IMG/VR virus record: IMGVR_UViG_3300042691_019786 | Length of the DNA: 64,000 nucleotides | Reading direction: 5' to 3' (one strand) | From: a virus | In this document: positions 27,724-36,881 of the stretch, piece by piece | Layout: every line of letters begins with the position of its first letter | How positions within the stretch are numbered: position 1 is the first letter of the stretch | Notes under the pieces: model-generated | What the model was told of the DNA's origin: nothing | What the model saw: the letters and a program-made list of their open reading frames with translations, nothing else | The model's database searches: none | Position numbers and translations under genes: made by a program

Positions 27724-27794
27724 TGGTCTTAGAGGGAATCGAACCCTCACTATCGGTTTTAGAGACCGTTACGCTGCCGTTACATCATAAGACC
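27724..27794 (-). tRNA. amber suppressor tRNA (anticodon CTA)
   Basis: GGTCTTA/TAAGACC acceptor; ACGGT-CT-CTA-AA-ACCGA; GAGGG-TTCGATT-CCCTC; own TACATTTG box at 27808-27815. Confidence 0.88.
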
Positions 27795-27830
27795 AAATCT
27801 TATAGTACAAATGTACAAAAGATTTTTTAA

Positions 27831-29450
27831 TTATGCAAATTTATTCTTTAATAATTTTTTTATTAATTTTTTATTCTCAGTAACATTATGTTTTGATTTT
27901 CTTCTAACAAATTCATCGTATTCGCTTTGTGTGATAAGACCATTTTTAAGGTTTTGTGCCAAATTTTCTAAATCTATGTTTTTATCCCTTTCTTCTCGTT
28001 CTCTTTCCTTTTCTTCGAACTCATCTAAATCAGTATCCAACACCCATACGTCACCGTAATCATTCGTATTTACTTTTGTTGCGTCATTTGGGTGTGCAAA
28101 CATTGCCTCACCATAATGTGCTCTGTATAATTCAACAGCGTCAGATTTTAATATTGTTTTTTCATCATATGTTTCTACAGTATCATCACTAAAAGCATAT
28201 GGTATTTCATAAATGTCGTCATCTAACGTTACATAGTCGTCATCAGTTGTTATATATTGATTTTCACCATAGTAATTTGGTTCTAATTCTATGGTATCAT
28301 CTAATTTAGCATATTCGCCTTCGTATCTACCATAGGTTAATTCTACGTGTACTGAATCATCATCATATTTATATATCCATTCATGGTCATATGTTTTAAT
28401 ACAGTCATCAATTAAGTATACACCACCATCTATTGATACTATATCATCTTGGTGTGCGTAACCTTCTACATACCCATTTGGTGTTCTATATGATAAATAA
28501 AACGCTTCATCTTCATCTACAGTCTCACCTTCATGGTCACCATATTCAATATAAACCCCAGCCTCTGAATGACCACCATGAGAGTCTTGTAATCGAATCC
28601 AACCTTGTTCTCCACTAGTCGCTAATGTGCTAGTTTCTGGATTATAATACTCAAATGTATCCATAAATGGGTATGTGTCATATTCACCACCATTCTCAAG
28701 CGTTACTGTCGAATTAGCTCTATTACTAAAACCATGTTCTTCAGCATAATTGTTGAAGAATGTGTTAAATTCTTTATTTGTTGTATAAATCCTATCCATA
28801 AAGTACTGGTCGTTATCCATATGCCAAATAAGCGCTCTACCTCTAACTTTTTTTGTTTCTGGATTTAATAATACAAGACATTTAACTTCATTAGGGTTAT
28901 CAGTATAAATTTTAAGATATTCTTGCGCTCTACTAAATCTCATACATGAACCCATAGTTTCACCATCTTCATAATTACCACAGTGATATGCTTTTAGAAT
29001 ATCATCACCTTCAACCATTTTTAATTGTGATGTATCAGCTGTTTTAAGATGACCAATAAGGTCTTCTATTTCATAGTCTTTAATATCTTTTATGTTACTA
29101 CCTAGATAATTGAGAAGTTTATTAATCTTAAACAATCTTTCTTTAGTATTACCATTAATATCAGTATATCCTAAAGTGATTAATTTTTCATTTTTTTTGT
29201 CATAATCAACATATTCGACATTAGCGTCATCTTTTATTTTATCACTATTTAAAAACGCTAATAATTTTTTAGATAAAGGTGTGTTAATGATATTTAATTT
29301 TTTAGTTAAATTATCACCAACTTTGATTTCTTTTTCCAATATTAAAAATAATTTATTTAAATTAACAATTTTTTGCCTTTCAATTATTAATTTATCATTT
29401 TTTATATTTTTTATAGATTCTTTAAATAATTTTTTAATTAACTGTTTCAT
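27831..29450 (-). CDS. large hypothetical protein
   Basis: GSCMR...GRALIW...MDRIY...PFMDTF core followed by acidic repeats. Confidence 0.65.
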   Translation of the reverse strand: MKQLIKKLFKESIKNIKNDKLIIERQKIVNLNKLFLILEKEIKVGDNLTKKLNIINTPLSKKLLAFLNSDKIKDDANVEYVDYDKKNEKLITLGYTDINGNTKERLFKINKLLNYLGSNIKDIKDYEIEDLIGHLKTADTSQLKMVEGDDILKAYHCGNYEDGETMGSCMRFSRAQEYLKIYTDNPNEVKCLVLLNPETKKVRGRALIWHMDNDQYFMDRIYTTNKEFNTFFNNYAEEHGFSNRANSTVTLENGGEYDTYPFMDTFEYYNPETSTLATSGEQGWIRLQDSHGGHSEAGVYIEYGDHEGETVDEDEAFYLSYRTPNGYVEGYAHQDDIVSIDGGVYLIDDCIKTYDHEWIYKYDDDSVHVELTYGRYEGEYAKLDDTIELEPNYYGENQYITTDDDYVTLDDDIYEIPYAFSDDTVETYDEKTILKSDAVELYRAHYGEAMFAHPNDATKVNTNDYGDVWVLDTDLDEFEEKEREREERDKNIDLENLAQNLKNGLITQSEYDEFVRRKSKHNVTENKKLIKKLLKNKFA

Positions 29451-29537
29451 ATAAATAAATATCTAATGAAAATAAAAAAAAGCATAGATAATGTCTATGC
29501 TTTTTTTTTTATAATATTTATTTTATCCCTATATTTT

Positions 29538-30104
29538 TTATTTGAATAAAATTTTTCCTAATCTTAACGCACTTGCTTTAAATTGCTCATAAGTACCATT
29601 GTTTTCAATAACAATGTCTGCACATGTTCTATCAATGTTGAATGAACTAGCGTCTTCGTTTGGTAGTCTTTCAGATGCATCCACCCAAATAACCAAATCA
29701 AAAATACCTTGTCTTAAACATTCTTCAATTTCATCTCTGTCACGCATTCCTACATAACAATCTGAACGTTGTAAGATACCTTTAGCTAATTTAGCTCTAT
29801 CATCTTTGTTATAATCACAAATAGCTTCATACCATTCTTGTCTGTGGTTAACTCTATCTTCAAAACATTCTTCTGGTGTTGAATAACCATATTTGTCTTT
29901 TAATAAGTCATACAAAAAGATATTTGCTGCTGATTGAGATGATGATTCAAACGTATAACCAAATTCTTCATTGAAGATTTCAGCTAATGTATCTTTCCCA
30001 TGTCTCATGTTACCTATGATTAGTAACTTAGGTTTTCTTGTTTTACCAGTTAGTCTTTCTAACATTTTTGTTTCTGCATCCATATAATTTATATTTAATC
30101 CCAT
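29538..30104 (-). CDS. deoxynucleoside monophosphate kinase-like protein
   Basis: P-loop GNMRHGKDT; GMRD..E; DIVIENNGT. Confidence 0.7.
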   Translation of the reverse strand: MGLNINYMDAETKMLERLTGKTRKPKLLIIGNMRHGKDTLAEIFNEEFGYTFESSSQSAANIFLYDLLKDKYGYSTPEECFEDRVNHRQEWYEAICDYNKDDRAKLAKGILQRSDCYVGMRDRDEIEECLRQGIFDLVIWVDASERLPNEDASSFNIDRTCADIVIENNGTYEQFKASALRLGKILFK

Positions 30105-30355
30105 TCTAAAATATTTTGGTCACGGTCTTCAATAACACAACGTAACCCTTTTTCAACGTCACAATGATAAGTGATAAAATCACCACCAATATTCATACAT
30201 GTGTTAACACCTAACGCTTCATAAAACTTATCTTTATCGATTTTGTATTTTTCTAATATGGTCACGATTTCATAACCAGTAAAACCTTCTTTATGTTTGG
30301 TTTTATAAGTGTCGATAAATAACTCTAAATTTTCGCTAGTTAATTTTTTTACCAT
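30095..30355 (-). CDS. hypothetical protein
   Basis: ORF. Confidence 0.55.
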   Translation of the reverse strand: MVKKLTSENLELFIDTYKTKHKEGFTGYEIVTILEKYKIDKDKFYEALGVNTCMNIGGDFITYHCDVEKGLRCVIEDRDQNILEWD

Positions 30356-30508
30356 TTTCTTCTATTTTTAATTTTACCTTTTGCGGAAAATAAAATAACT
30401 AATAAAAACACAATAATTGCTAATACCGTCATCTTTTACAAATTTACTAAATATTATTCATATATGCAAATAAAAAAAGCCATCATTTAGATGGCTTCTT
30501 AATAAGTT

Positions 30509-30589
30509 CAGAATAGTCTTTGTGGAATTGAACCACTAATCGAATTTTGCAAATTTAATTTTCATCCAGAAGATTGCTGAAACTATTCT
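30509..30589 (-). ncRNA. TTCWGCAA-stem ncRNA, copy A (contains tRNA-like arms)
   Basis: AGAATAG-T-TTCAGCAA...CTATTCT-G; internal TT-GCA-AA loop and GTGG-TTCAATT-CCAC hairpin. Confidence 0.6.
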
Positions 30590-30595
30590 TTTTAG

Positions 30596-30665
30596 TAGCG
30601 AACTCGGAATCGAACCACCCTTCAAGGTTATGAGCCTCGTGTGCAACCTCTTACACCATAACGCA
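30596..30665 (-). pseudogene. degenerate initiator-type tRNA-Met(CAT)
   Basis: CGAGG-CT-CAT-AA-CCTTG is intact, but the acceptor and T stems are largely unpaired. Confidence 0.55.
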
Positions 30666-30670
30666 ATATA

Positions 30671-31177
30671 TTATTTGGTGGATTCTAGTGACTTTTTTAG
30701 TATAAATGAGATTGTCCCTTTAGAAGATATCCCATGTTTAGCCATTATTTCACTAAAACTTAAACCATTCTTTTTATCATTGATAATAGCTTCATGGTTA
30801 TATTTTAAGTTAGCTTTACTAGATAACTTAATTCTTTTTTCTTTAGGTACGTCTAAAGAATTTTCACTATATGTACCAATCCCTATATTATCATACGAAT
30901 TATCCGTTGATATTCCGTTTAAATGTCTGACAACAATACCAGTTTCAAAAATTTTATCACCAAATTTTTGATAAGCTTGTAATCTGTGAACAAAAGACCT
31001 AGTTGGGTTTGAACCCTTTTCTACTCTAATGTTAAAAGATAAATAACCTTTTTTAGATTTTCCAATTGAGATTTCTTGACCATCTTTATTAAAGACTTTA
31101 CCATCTTTATCAACTGAATAACCTTTATCAACACTTAATTTGGTTATTAACTCTTGTTTGCTTACTTCAATACTCAT
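30671..31177 (-). CDS. HNH homing endonuclease
   Basis: VHRLQAY..FG...VVRHLNG...DN...N...GT..EN; likely start MSIEV. Confidence 0.85.
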   Translation of the reverse strand: MSIEVSKQELITKLSVDKGYSVDKDGKVFNKDGQEISIGKSKKGYLSFNIRVEKGSNPTRSFVHRLQAYQKFGDKIFETGIVVRHLNGISTDNSYDNIGIGTYSENSLDVPKEKRIKLSSKANLKYNHEAIINDKKNGLSFSEIMAKHGISSKGTISFILKKSLESTK

Positions 31178-31264
31178 ACAAATACTTTTAAAATTTATTA
31201 ACTTCTTAGTCACCATTTAGGTGTGCAATAACCACTACGTGCAAGTGAGTTAATTTCGGTTATC

Positions 31265-31336
31265 TAGCGGAGGAAGGAATCGAACCCCCGACCTCAAGGT
31301 TATGAGCCTTGCGAGCTACCTCTGCTCTACTCCGCA
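31265..31336 (-). tRNA. initiator tRNA-fMet(CAT)
   Basis: 1:72 mismatch; CAAGG-CT-CAT-AA-CCTTG; full cloverleaf. Confidence 0.85.
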
Positions 31337-31341
31337 ATGTG

Positions 31342-31419
31342 TGCCCTAGACTGGCTACGAACCAGTTATCCCATAGATATCTTTCGATACCCATCTGATA
31401 AAGTCTAAACTTCTAGAGC
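31342..31419 (-). ncRNA. tRNA-like RNA without an anticodon
   Basis: acceptor GCTCTAG/CTAGGGC-A; T arm ACTGG-TTCGTAG-CCAGT; hairpin ATGGGTATC-GAAA-GATATCTAT. Confidence 0.55.
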
Positions 31420-31428
31420 ATAGTTGGC

Positions 31429-31489
31429 CAGAATCTGTTTTTTTTACTTTGCTTAGAATATAGTATAGTTAAATTGCTGAATAGATTCT
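31429..31489 (-). ncRNA. TTCWGCAA-stem ncRNA, copy B
   Basis: AGAATCT-A-TTCAGCAA...AGATTCT-G. Confidence 0.6.
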
Positions 31490-31509
31490 TTCTGCCAATA
31501 AGTTTATCT

Positions 31510-31790
31510 CAAGATGGTTTTTTGTGTTTTTTCATCCCAGCGGATTAACCCTTTTTACGTCTTCGGCTACGCTTTGGCGAGAGTCTACTGTTATTCGACT
31601 ACATCCTACTTGCACCTATTGGGGTGGTTGTGACGTGGTTTTTGTTTTAATTGGAAACCTAACCAATTTTGTTTAATTCCGTTGCAGTAAAAACCATCCG
31701 AGTCCTTCTTTCAAAGGTCATATTGTCTTTCTGGCATACCAACTAAACTCTCATAGTAATTGTATCTGTTTTGGTTGCAGAACCCATCTT
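31510..31790 (-). ncRNA. TTCWGCAA-stem ncRNA, copy C (long)
   Basis: AAGATGG-G-TTCTGCAA...CCATCTT-G; a nested second arm GGATGGTTTTTACTGCAA near 31682-31702; several GC-rich hairpins. Confidence 0.55.
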
Positions 31791-31893
31791 TTTAGATAAT
31801 ATTTTTAATATGTAAAGAACGTTGTTTTTAATTATATTACAAATGTACTAATAAATATGTGGTTTGTCAAGTAAAATCAAAAATATTTTTAAT

Positions 31894-32124
31894 TTATTTT
31901 TTTGTACCACCCATTTCATTCTGTTTATCGTTTGTAAGTTCCTCTAAAACAACTAAAACGTTATGTTTAGTCGTTAAATCATGAATCACATTAACAACAT
32001 GATAATATCTATCAATATAATAGATATATTCATTTTTTCTAGGTATAACGTTAAATTTAACGTTATTTTTTATTGGATTCCATTTACTATCCAATAATGT
32101 CGCATTATATTTAGTCGAAAACAT
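31894..32124 (-). CDS. hypothetical protein
   Basis: ORF. Confidence 0.5.
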   Translation of the reverse strand: MFSTKYNATLLDSKWNPIKNNVKFNVIPRKNEYIYYIDRYYHVVNVIHDLTTKHNVLVVLEELTNDKQNEMGGTKK

Positions 32125-32201
32125 ATTTAAATATATGATTATTTTTCTTTATAGTCAATATTTATTATTATAAAATAACAATTAATTAAATCTTAGAAAC
32201 T

Positions 32202-32276
32202 ATGGGTTGCGGATGCGGAAAACCAAGAACAGTAGAAACTACTACTCCACCACCAGTTACACCAACTAGTAAATAA
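32202..32276 (+). CDS. 24-aa MGCGCG microprotein (not in ORF track)
   Basis: MGCGCGKPRTVETTTPPPVTPTSK; ATATTTAT upstream, terminator downstream. Confidence 0.5.
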   Translation: MGCGCGKPRTVETTTPPPVTPTSK

Positions 32277-32322
32277 TATGGTGGTTATAAAAAATAAAGG
32301 ACTCTAATTTAGAGTCCTTTTT

Positions 32323-32688
32323 TTATTCTACTGGGTCTGGTCCAGTTGGCATATCTACTGATTGGGTTTGCGTATCACCAGTAGATACTGTTTGTGTTTG
32401 AGTACCTCCACTTGTTGGTGTTTGAGGTTGTGGTGGTTGCGGTTCACCACCTAAATTATTACTTCCAAATCTTCTTGTCAAAGGGTCTAATAGTACAGTA
32501 CCCATACCTATTTCAACTATCCATTCCATTGATTTAAACATGTGTTCTTCAACTTTTAACCCAAAATATAAATTGCTTATAAAACCAATTGACATCATTG
32601 TAAACGCTAAAAATGAAATTAATCTTTTACTAGATACATCACTTTTTGAACTTAAAGCTTTTAATAAAAATTGTTTTATTTTTTCCAT
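32323..32688 (-). CDS. two-TM membrane protein (holin-like)
   Basis: SSKRLISF, two hydrophobic segments, low-complexity tail. Confidence 0.5.
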   Translation of the reverse strand: MEKIKQFLLKALSSKSDVSSKRLISFLAFTMMSIGFISNLYFGLKVEEHMFKSMEWIVEIGMGTVLLDPLTRRFGSNNLGGEPQPPQPQTPTSGGTQTQTVSTGDTQTQSVDMPTGPDPVE

Positions 32689-32804
32689 AGTTTTGTTTTT
32701 AATATAAATATGCTAAAAAATAAAAAACCCCCAGTAAAGCGACTTACTGAGGGTAATAATTTCATTACTCACGGATATTTGTTTGAGAATGAATCTGTTA
32801 AGAG

Positions 32805-33164
32805 TGGAGTATACGGGAATCGAACCCGTGTGTTGAATATTCTTCAATGCTTTCTACATGTTTAGGACATAGTTTTCAAACTATCCGAAATTTCGCTACC
32901 TCTTTTTACCGTGTAATTTAAGCTTCACACCAGATGGATTACCATTATCTTAGTGGATTACCACCATCGGTAGGTTACTACCATATGCAATATTAGGCTA
33001 CTGCAAGCTCTCCGTTAGAAACGAATGTCGCTTCATCAAGGAAATTTTCTGATACGATTAAATCGTTGTCAATTCTTGTTCTAATAGACAGTTTAAAGTG
33101 CTTCCAATCTAGCACTACATGCTTACTACCTACGACTATACCCAGTCAATACCTTAAATACCCC
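32805..33164 (-). ncRNA. ssrA: tmRNA
   Basis: GGGGTAT/ATACTCC-A acceptor with G3.U70; TTGAC; T arm; tag ORF DNDLIVSENFLDEATFVSNGELAVA* at 32993-33070. Confidence 0.9.
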
Positions 33165-33421
33165 ATAAATTAAAGAACGTGTATTATTTTACTAAATAAT
33201 AAATTTCACCATTAAGTTTAATAAAATAATTAAAAATTTTTGATGACTTAGAAAATTCTAAAGTTTCGTTTTCATATATTAAGAAAACTGAATTGTTAAT
33301 TATTTTTATTGTATTCATAATGTGTTTTATAAATATGTGGGTTTCTGTTAAAAAACCCACTTATTTATTTTCTTATTACAAATGTACAAACATTTTTTAA
33401 ATAATGCAAGTAATTTTGCAA

Positions 33422-34147
33422 TTATTTTTTCTTTTTAGCTGTAATAATGTTATCAACGATTCCATAAGCTAAAGCTTCATCAGCATTTAACCATAAATCA
33501 CGACTTGCATCTTCCATTACTTGTTTTGGGTCTTTATCAGTATATTGACCTAACAAACCAAATAAAATGTCATTATACTTTTCACCTTCAGCAATTGAAC
33601 GTCTAATGTCTTGGATGTTACCTTGAGCTCCAGTCGAAACTTGGTGTAGCATTACTCTACTGAAACGTAATGTATAACGTTTACCTTTTGTGCCAGCACC
33701 CAATAAGATACTTCCCATACTTGCAGCCATACCAGTGTTAATTGTTACGCAATCAGATGTGATATAATCCATTACGTCAACGATTGATAAACCAGATTTT
33801 ACTGAACCACCTGGAGAATCGACATGTAAAGTAATATCTTTTGTTTCTAAGTTATCCAAAAACATAAGTTGTGCTTGTACAACTGTGCTCATTCTGTCGT
33901 TAACTGGGCCAGCTAACCAAATGATTCTATCCATCATCATTCTTGAAAAGATATCCATTTGTGTTGCTCTTAATTCTCTTTCTTCAAGAATGTAAGGCGT
34001 TAATGATGCTGATGGCACCATTAATGACGCTTGAGAACCATAAAGCTTTTCTTGCATTTGTTCCCATTGGTGAAACTCTAAAGATGAAACACCCATATGC
34101 TTAATAGCATAATCTCTAAATTCATTAGTTAAATTCATATTATTCAT
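33422..34147 (-). CDS. clpP: ATP-dependent Clp protease proteolytic subunit
   Basis: MDIFSR..DRII, SPGGSV, AASMG, MLHQ, RDLWL. Confidence 0.95.
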   Translation of the reverse strand: MNNMNLTNEFRDYAIKHMGVSSLEFHQWEQMQEKLYGSQASLMVPSASLTPYILEERELRATQMDIFSRMMMDRIIWLAGPVNDRMSTVVQAQLMFLDNLETKDITLHVDSPGGSVKSGLSIVDVMDYITSDCVTINTGMAASMGSILLGAGTKGKRYTLRFSRVMLHQVSTGAQGNIQDIRRSIAEGEKYNDILFGLLGQYTDKDPKQVMEDASRDLWLNADEALAYGIVDNIITAKKKK

Positions 34148-34448
34148 AAAATTTTGTCGTTATAATAATTGGTGTGTTTTCACCCATCCATGTTGATTTT
34201 ACGTTGTAGTAATAGTATTCTAAAGCCATTTCTAAACAAACTTCATCTTTGGTTCTATCAACTAAATCTTCTGGTGATGCTTCCATTTGATGGAATAGAA
34301 TCTCAATTATTTTTTCTTCATCGTAAGCTACTATAGGACCAAAATTAGGTCTTTCAGCTATACCTATTATAGCATCGTCAAACCCATCCATGAATAACGC
34401 TTCTGGGTTTGACTCAGCCAATAGTTCTTCTACTTCTTCTCTACTCAT
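34140..34448 (-). CDS. phage hypothetical protein
   Basis: DGFDDAIIG...GENTP. Confidence 0.6.
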   Translation of the reverse strand: MSREEVEELLAESNPEALFMDGFDDAIIGIAERPNFGPIVAYDEEKIIEILFHQMEASPEDLVDRTKDEVCLEMALEYYYYNVKSTWMGENTPIIITTKFYE

Positions 34449-34900
34449 TAGTATGCTTTTGCTTTTTTACTAGTAGCATTAGCAGCCTCATCTTCAGCTT
34501 GTTTTTCAGCTTCGTATAAAGATTTAATAGACTCACGTAATGTATTCCATTTATCAAACGTATGTTTAGATAATACACCACTAAATGTTACAACATCTGG
34601 TTTGCTGATAATTAATTTATCATTTTCCATATCATAATGGATACTAGATAAAGATTCCTCAACAACAATTCTGCGTTGTTCATCAGTTAATTGTTCAAAA
34701 ATTCTTTCATTGATAACGATGATTATGTCGTCACCAGTTTTGTATTTTAACAATTCATTTGCTTTGTTAACTTTAAACAATTCTTTAGATTTGTTGTTAA
34801 CCAATACACTGATATTAACATATTGGTCTAAACCAACATTTTTAATTACTTCGTTGTATAAATCCAACGTGTCTTCAAATGGTTCTTCAAATTTTGCCAT
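34448..34900 (-). CDS. hypothetical protein
   Basis: ORF. Confidence 0.6.
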   Translation of the reverse strand: MAKFEEPFEDTLDLYNEVIKNVGLDQYVNISVLVNNKSKELFKVNKANELLKYKTGDDIIIVINERIFEQLTDEQRRIVVEESLSSIHYDMENDKLIISKPDVVTFSGVLSKHTFDKWNTLRESIKSLYEAEKQAEDEAANATSKKAKAY

Positions 34901-34970
34901 AATTTACTTTTTTATTTATTTTACTTTATTTTTCCTAATATACAATTTTATTATATGAATTACAAGCAAA

Positions 34971-35993
34971 TTAAGAATTTTGTGTTGCAAGTAATTTTTC
35001 TTTTAAATCAATGATAACAGATTTTGTTTCATCATCAATCTCTTTAGGTATGTCAACAGATAGGTTAACAAAAATATCACCTCTACCATCATCACCATAC
35101 ACTTTAATACCTTTGAATGGAATTCTTAACGTTTGTCCTACTTCACTATGTTCTGGGATAGTTATTCTAATGTTGTTACCTTCAATTGTAGGTATTTCCA
35201 TCTTACCACCTAAAACCATTGTTGGAAAAGGTACTTTTAACGTTAATTTTAAATCTTTACCGTTTCTAGTGAATAATTTATGTGGTAATTCTAAAATCTT
35301 TATTATTAAATCACCTTCCTCACCATTTTTAACACAATGACCTTTACCTTCCATAACAAATGACATACCATCAATAACACCAGATGGAACTTCAACTTCA
35401 ACCATTTCTTCTTTATCAACAACACCATTTCCTTTACACTTCCCACATTCTTTTGTGTATGTTTTACCAGTGCCAGAACAATGATTACAAGCAGTCATTT
35501 GCTGAATTATACCCATAGGTGTCTTCATAACGTGAACCATTTGACCAGAACCACCACAAACGTGACAATCTACAGTGTTTTCACCACCATGACCATCACA
35601 CGTACCACATTTGGCTTTTCTAGTGTATTTATAGCTCTTATTAACACCATTAAAAATATCTTCTAACGTTAGTTTAACGACTAACGAAATATTTGAACCA
35701 TATCTAGGTTGGTCAAACCCACCAAATGGGTTTCTTCCACCAAACGGATTTCTAAATCCACCGAATGGGTCGAAACCTTGTCTACCACTAGAATGACCAA
35801 ATTGGTCATAATTAGCCTTTTTGCTGCTATCTGACAATGTTTCGTATGCTTCTGATATCTCTTTGAATCTTTGTTCGTCACCGCCTTTGTCTGGGTGATG
35901 TTCTTTTGCTAGTTTTCTATACGCTTTTTTAATTTCATCAGCACTAGCACCTTTTTTAACACCTAATACTTCGTAATAATCTCTTTTACTCAT
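34971..35993 (-). CDS. dnaJ: DnaJ chaperone
   Basis: J domain with HPD, G/F region, four CxxCxGxG repeats. Confidence 0.95.
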   Translation of the reverse strand: MSKRDYYEVLGVKKGASADEIKKAYRKLAKEHHPDKGGDEQRFKEISEAYETLSDSSKKANYDQFGHSSGRQGFDPFGGFRNPFGGRNPFGGFDQPRYGSNISLVVKLTLEDIFNGVNKSYKYTRKAKCGTCDGHGGENTVDCHVCGGSGQMVHVMKTPMGIIQQMTACNHCSGTGKTYTKECGKCKGNGVVDKEEMVEVEVPSGVIDGMSFVMEGKGHCVKNGEEGDLIIKILELPHKLFTRNGKDLKLTLKVPFPTMVLGGKMEIPTIEGNNIRITIPEHSEVGQTLRIPFKGIKVYGDDGRGDIFVNLSVDIPKEIDDETKSVIIDLKEKLLATQNS

Positions 35994-36047
35994 GTTAATC
36001 TTTATTTTTTGTCTAAACTACATATTTTTATATAAAAAAGCAAGTAT

Positions 36048-36701
36048 ATGAGTTATAGAATTGTGTTATTATCAAATGGAAAATATAAAAAAACGTTATA
36101 TAAATGTAAAACCAAACAAAACGCTTTTCTTAAATTTCACAAAATGAAAGAAGAAAATAATGTCCTTTATCCAAAAAGATTTTTAAACACAAACGGAATT
36201 AAAAAAGTTAAATATGAAATTTGTGTTACTAAACCTACTGAAGAAGATGATACTTTTAGATTGTTAAGGGATGATTATGGCAAATTATACACTGAACAAC
36301 CTTTGGGCGATTGGACAATATTAGTTTCTGATGAATATAATATTGAAGAAACGTTTTATATCTATGGTTATGAAGGTGATGAACGACCAACAATAAGAGA
36401 AGTTGTTAAACGACTTATGTTAGGTGCTCACGCTAAAAAAATGGTTAAACAAGTATTGGTTGTTTATAATAAACTTGTAATTTATAATGAAGACCAGTTT
36501 GATATGATTATTTGTAAAAATTTAGAGGACGCTCAAAGATTACATCATACGCTGGCAAAAATTGTTAAAAAACAAAAAATTAAAAGTTTATTATTTATGG
36601 GTACAGCGCAACCAGCACAGATTGGTCGAATGTATGATATCATACATGAAGAAACTGGTTGGCCATACACCAAAATAAGAAGGACTAGTACTAGACCTTA
36701 A
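36048..36701 (+). CDS. hypothetical protein
   Basis: 217-aa ORF with typical composition. Confidence 0.6.
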   Translation: MSYRIVLLSNGKYKKTLYKCKTKQNAFLKFHKMKEENNVLYPKRFLNTNGIKKVKYEICVTKPTEEDDTFRLLRDDYGKLYTEQPLGDWTILVSDEYNIEETFYIYGYEGDERPTIREVVKRLMLGAHAKKMVKQVLVVYNKLVIYNEDQFDMIICKNLEDAQRLHHTLAKIVKKQKIKSLLFMGTAQPAQIGRMYDIIHEETGWPYTKIRRTSTRP

Positions 36702-36881
36702 TCAATATACAGTCTTTCTAAGTTTTTAACTAGAACTTCTATTCTAGCGTTATTCCTATCTATAATTTCTTGTTTATCTGTAGGAATCTCAAATACGTAT
36801 TCAGATTTTATTTTAGATATTTCTCTTTGTAATATATCACTTTCTCTTACGTATTCATCGTATAATCTAGCTTTGTCTTCT

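Noticed and set aside
31216-31264. Possible further tRNA fragment between tRNA-fMet and the HNH
   Set aside because: Only a weak D-arm-like hairpin; not supportable.
30480-31800. CRISPR array in the non-coding repeat region
   Set aside because: The shared motif is only 8 nt with irregular spacing, and there are no cas genes in the window.
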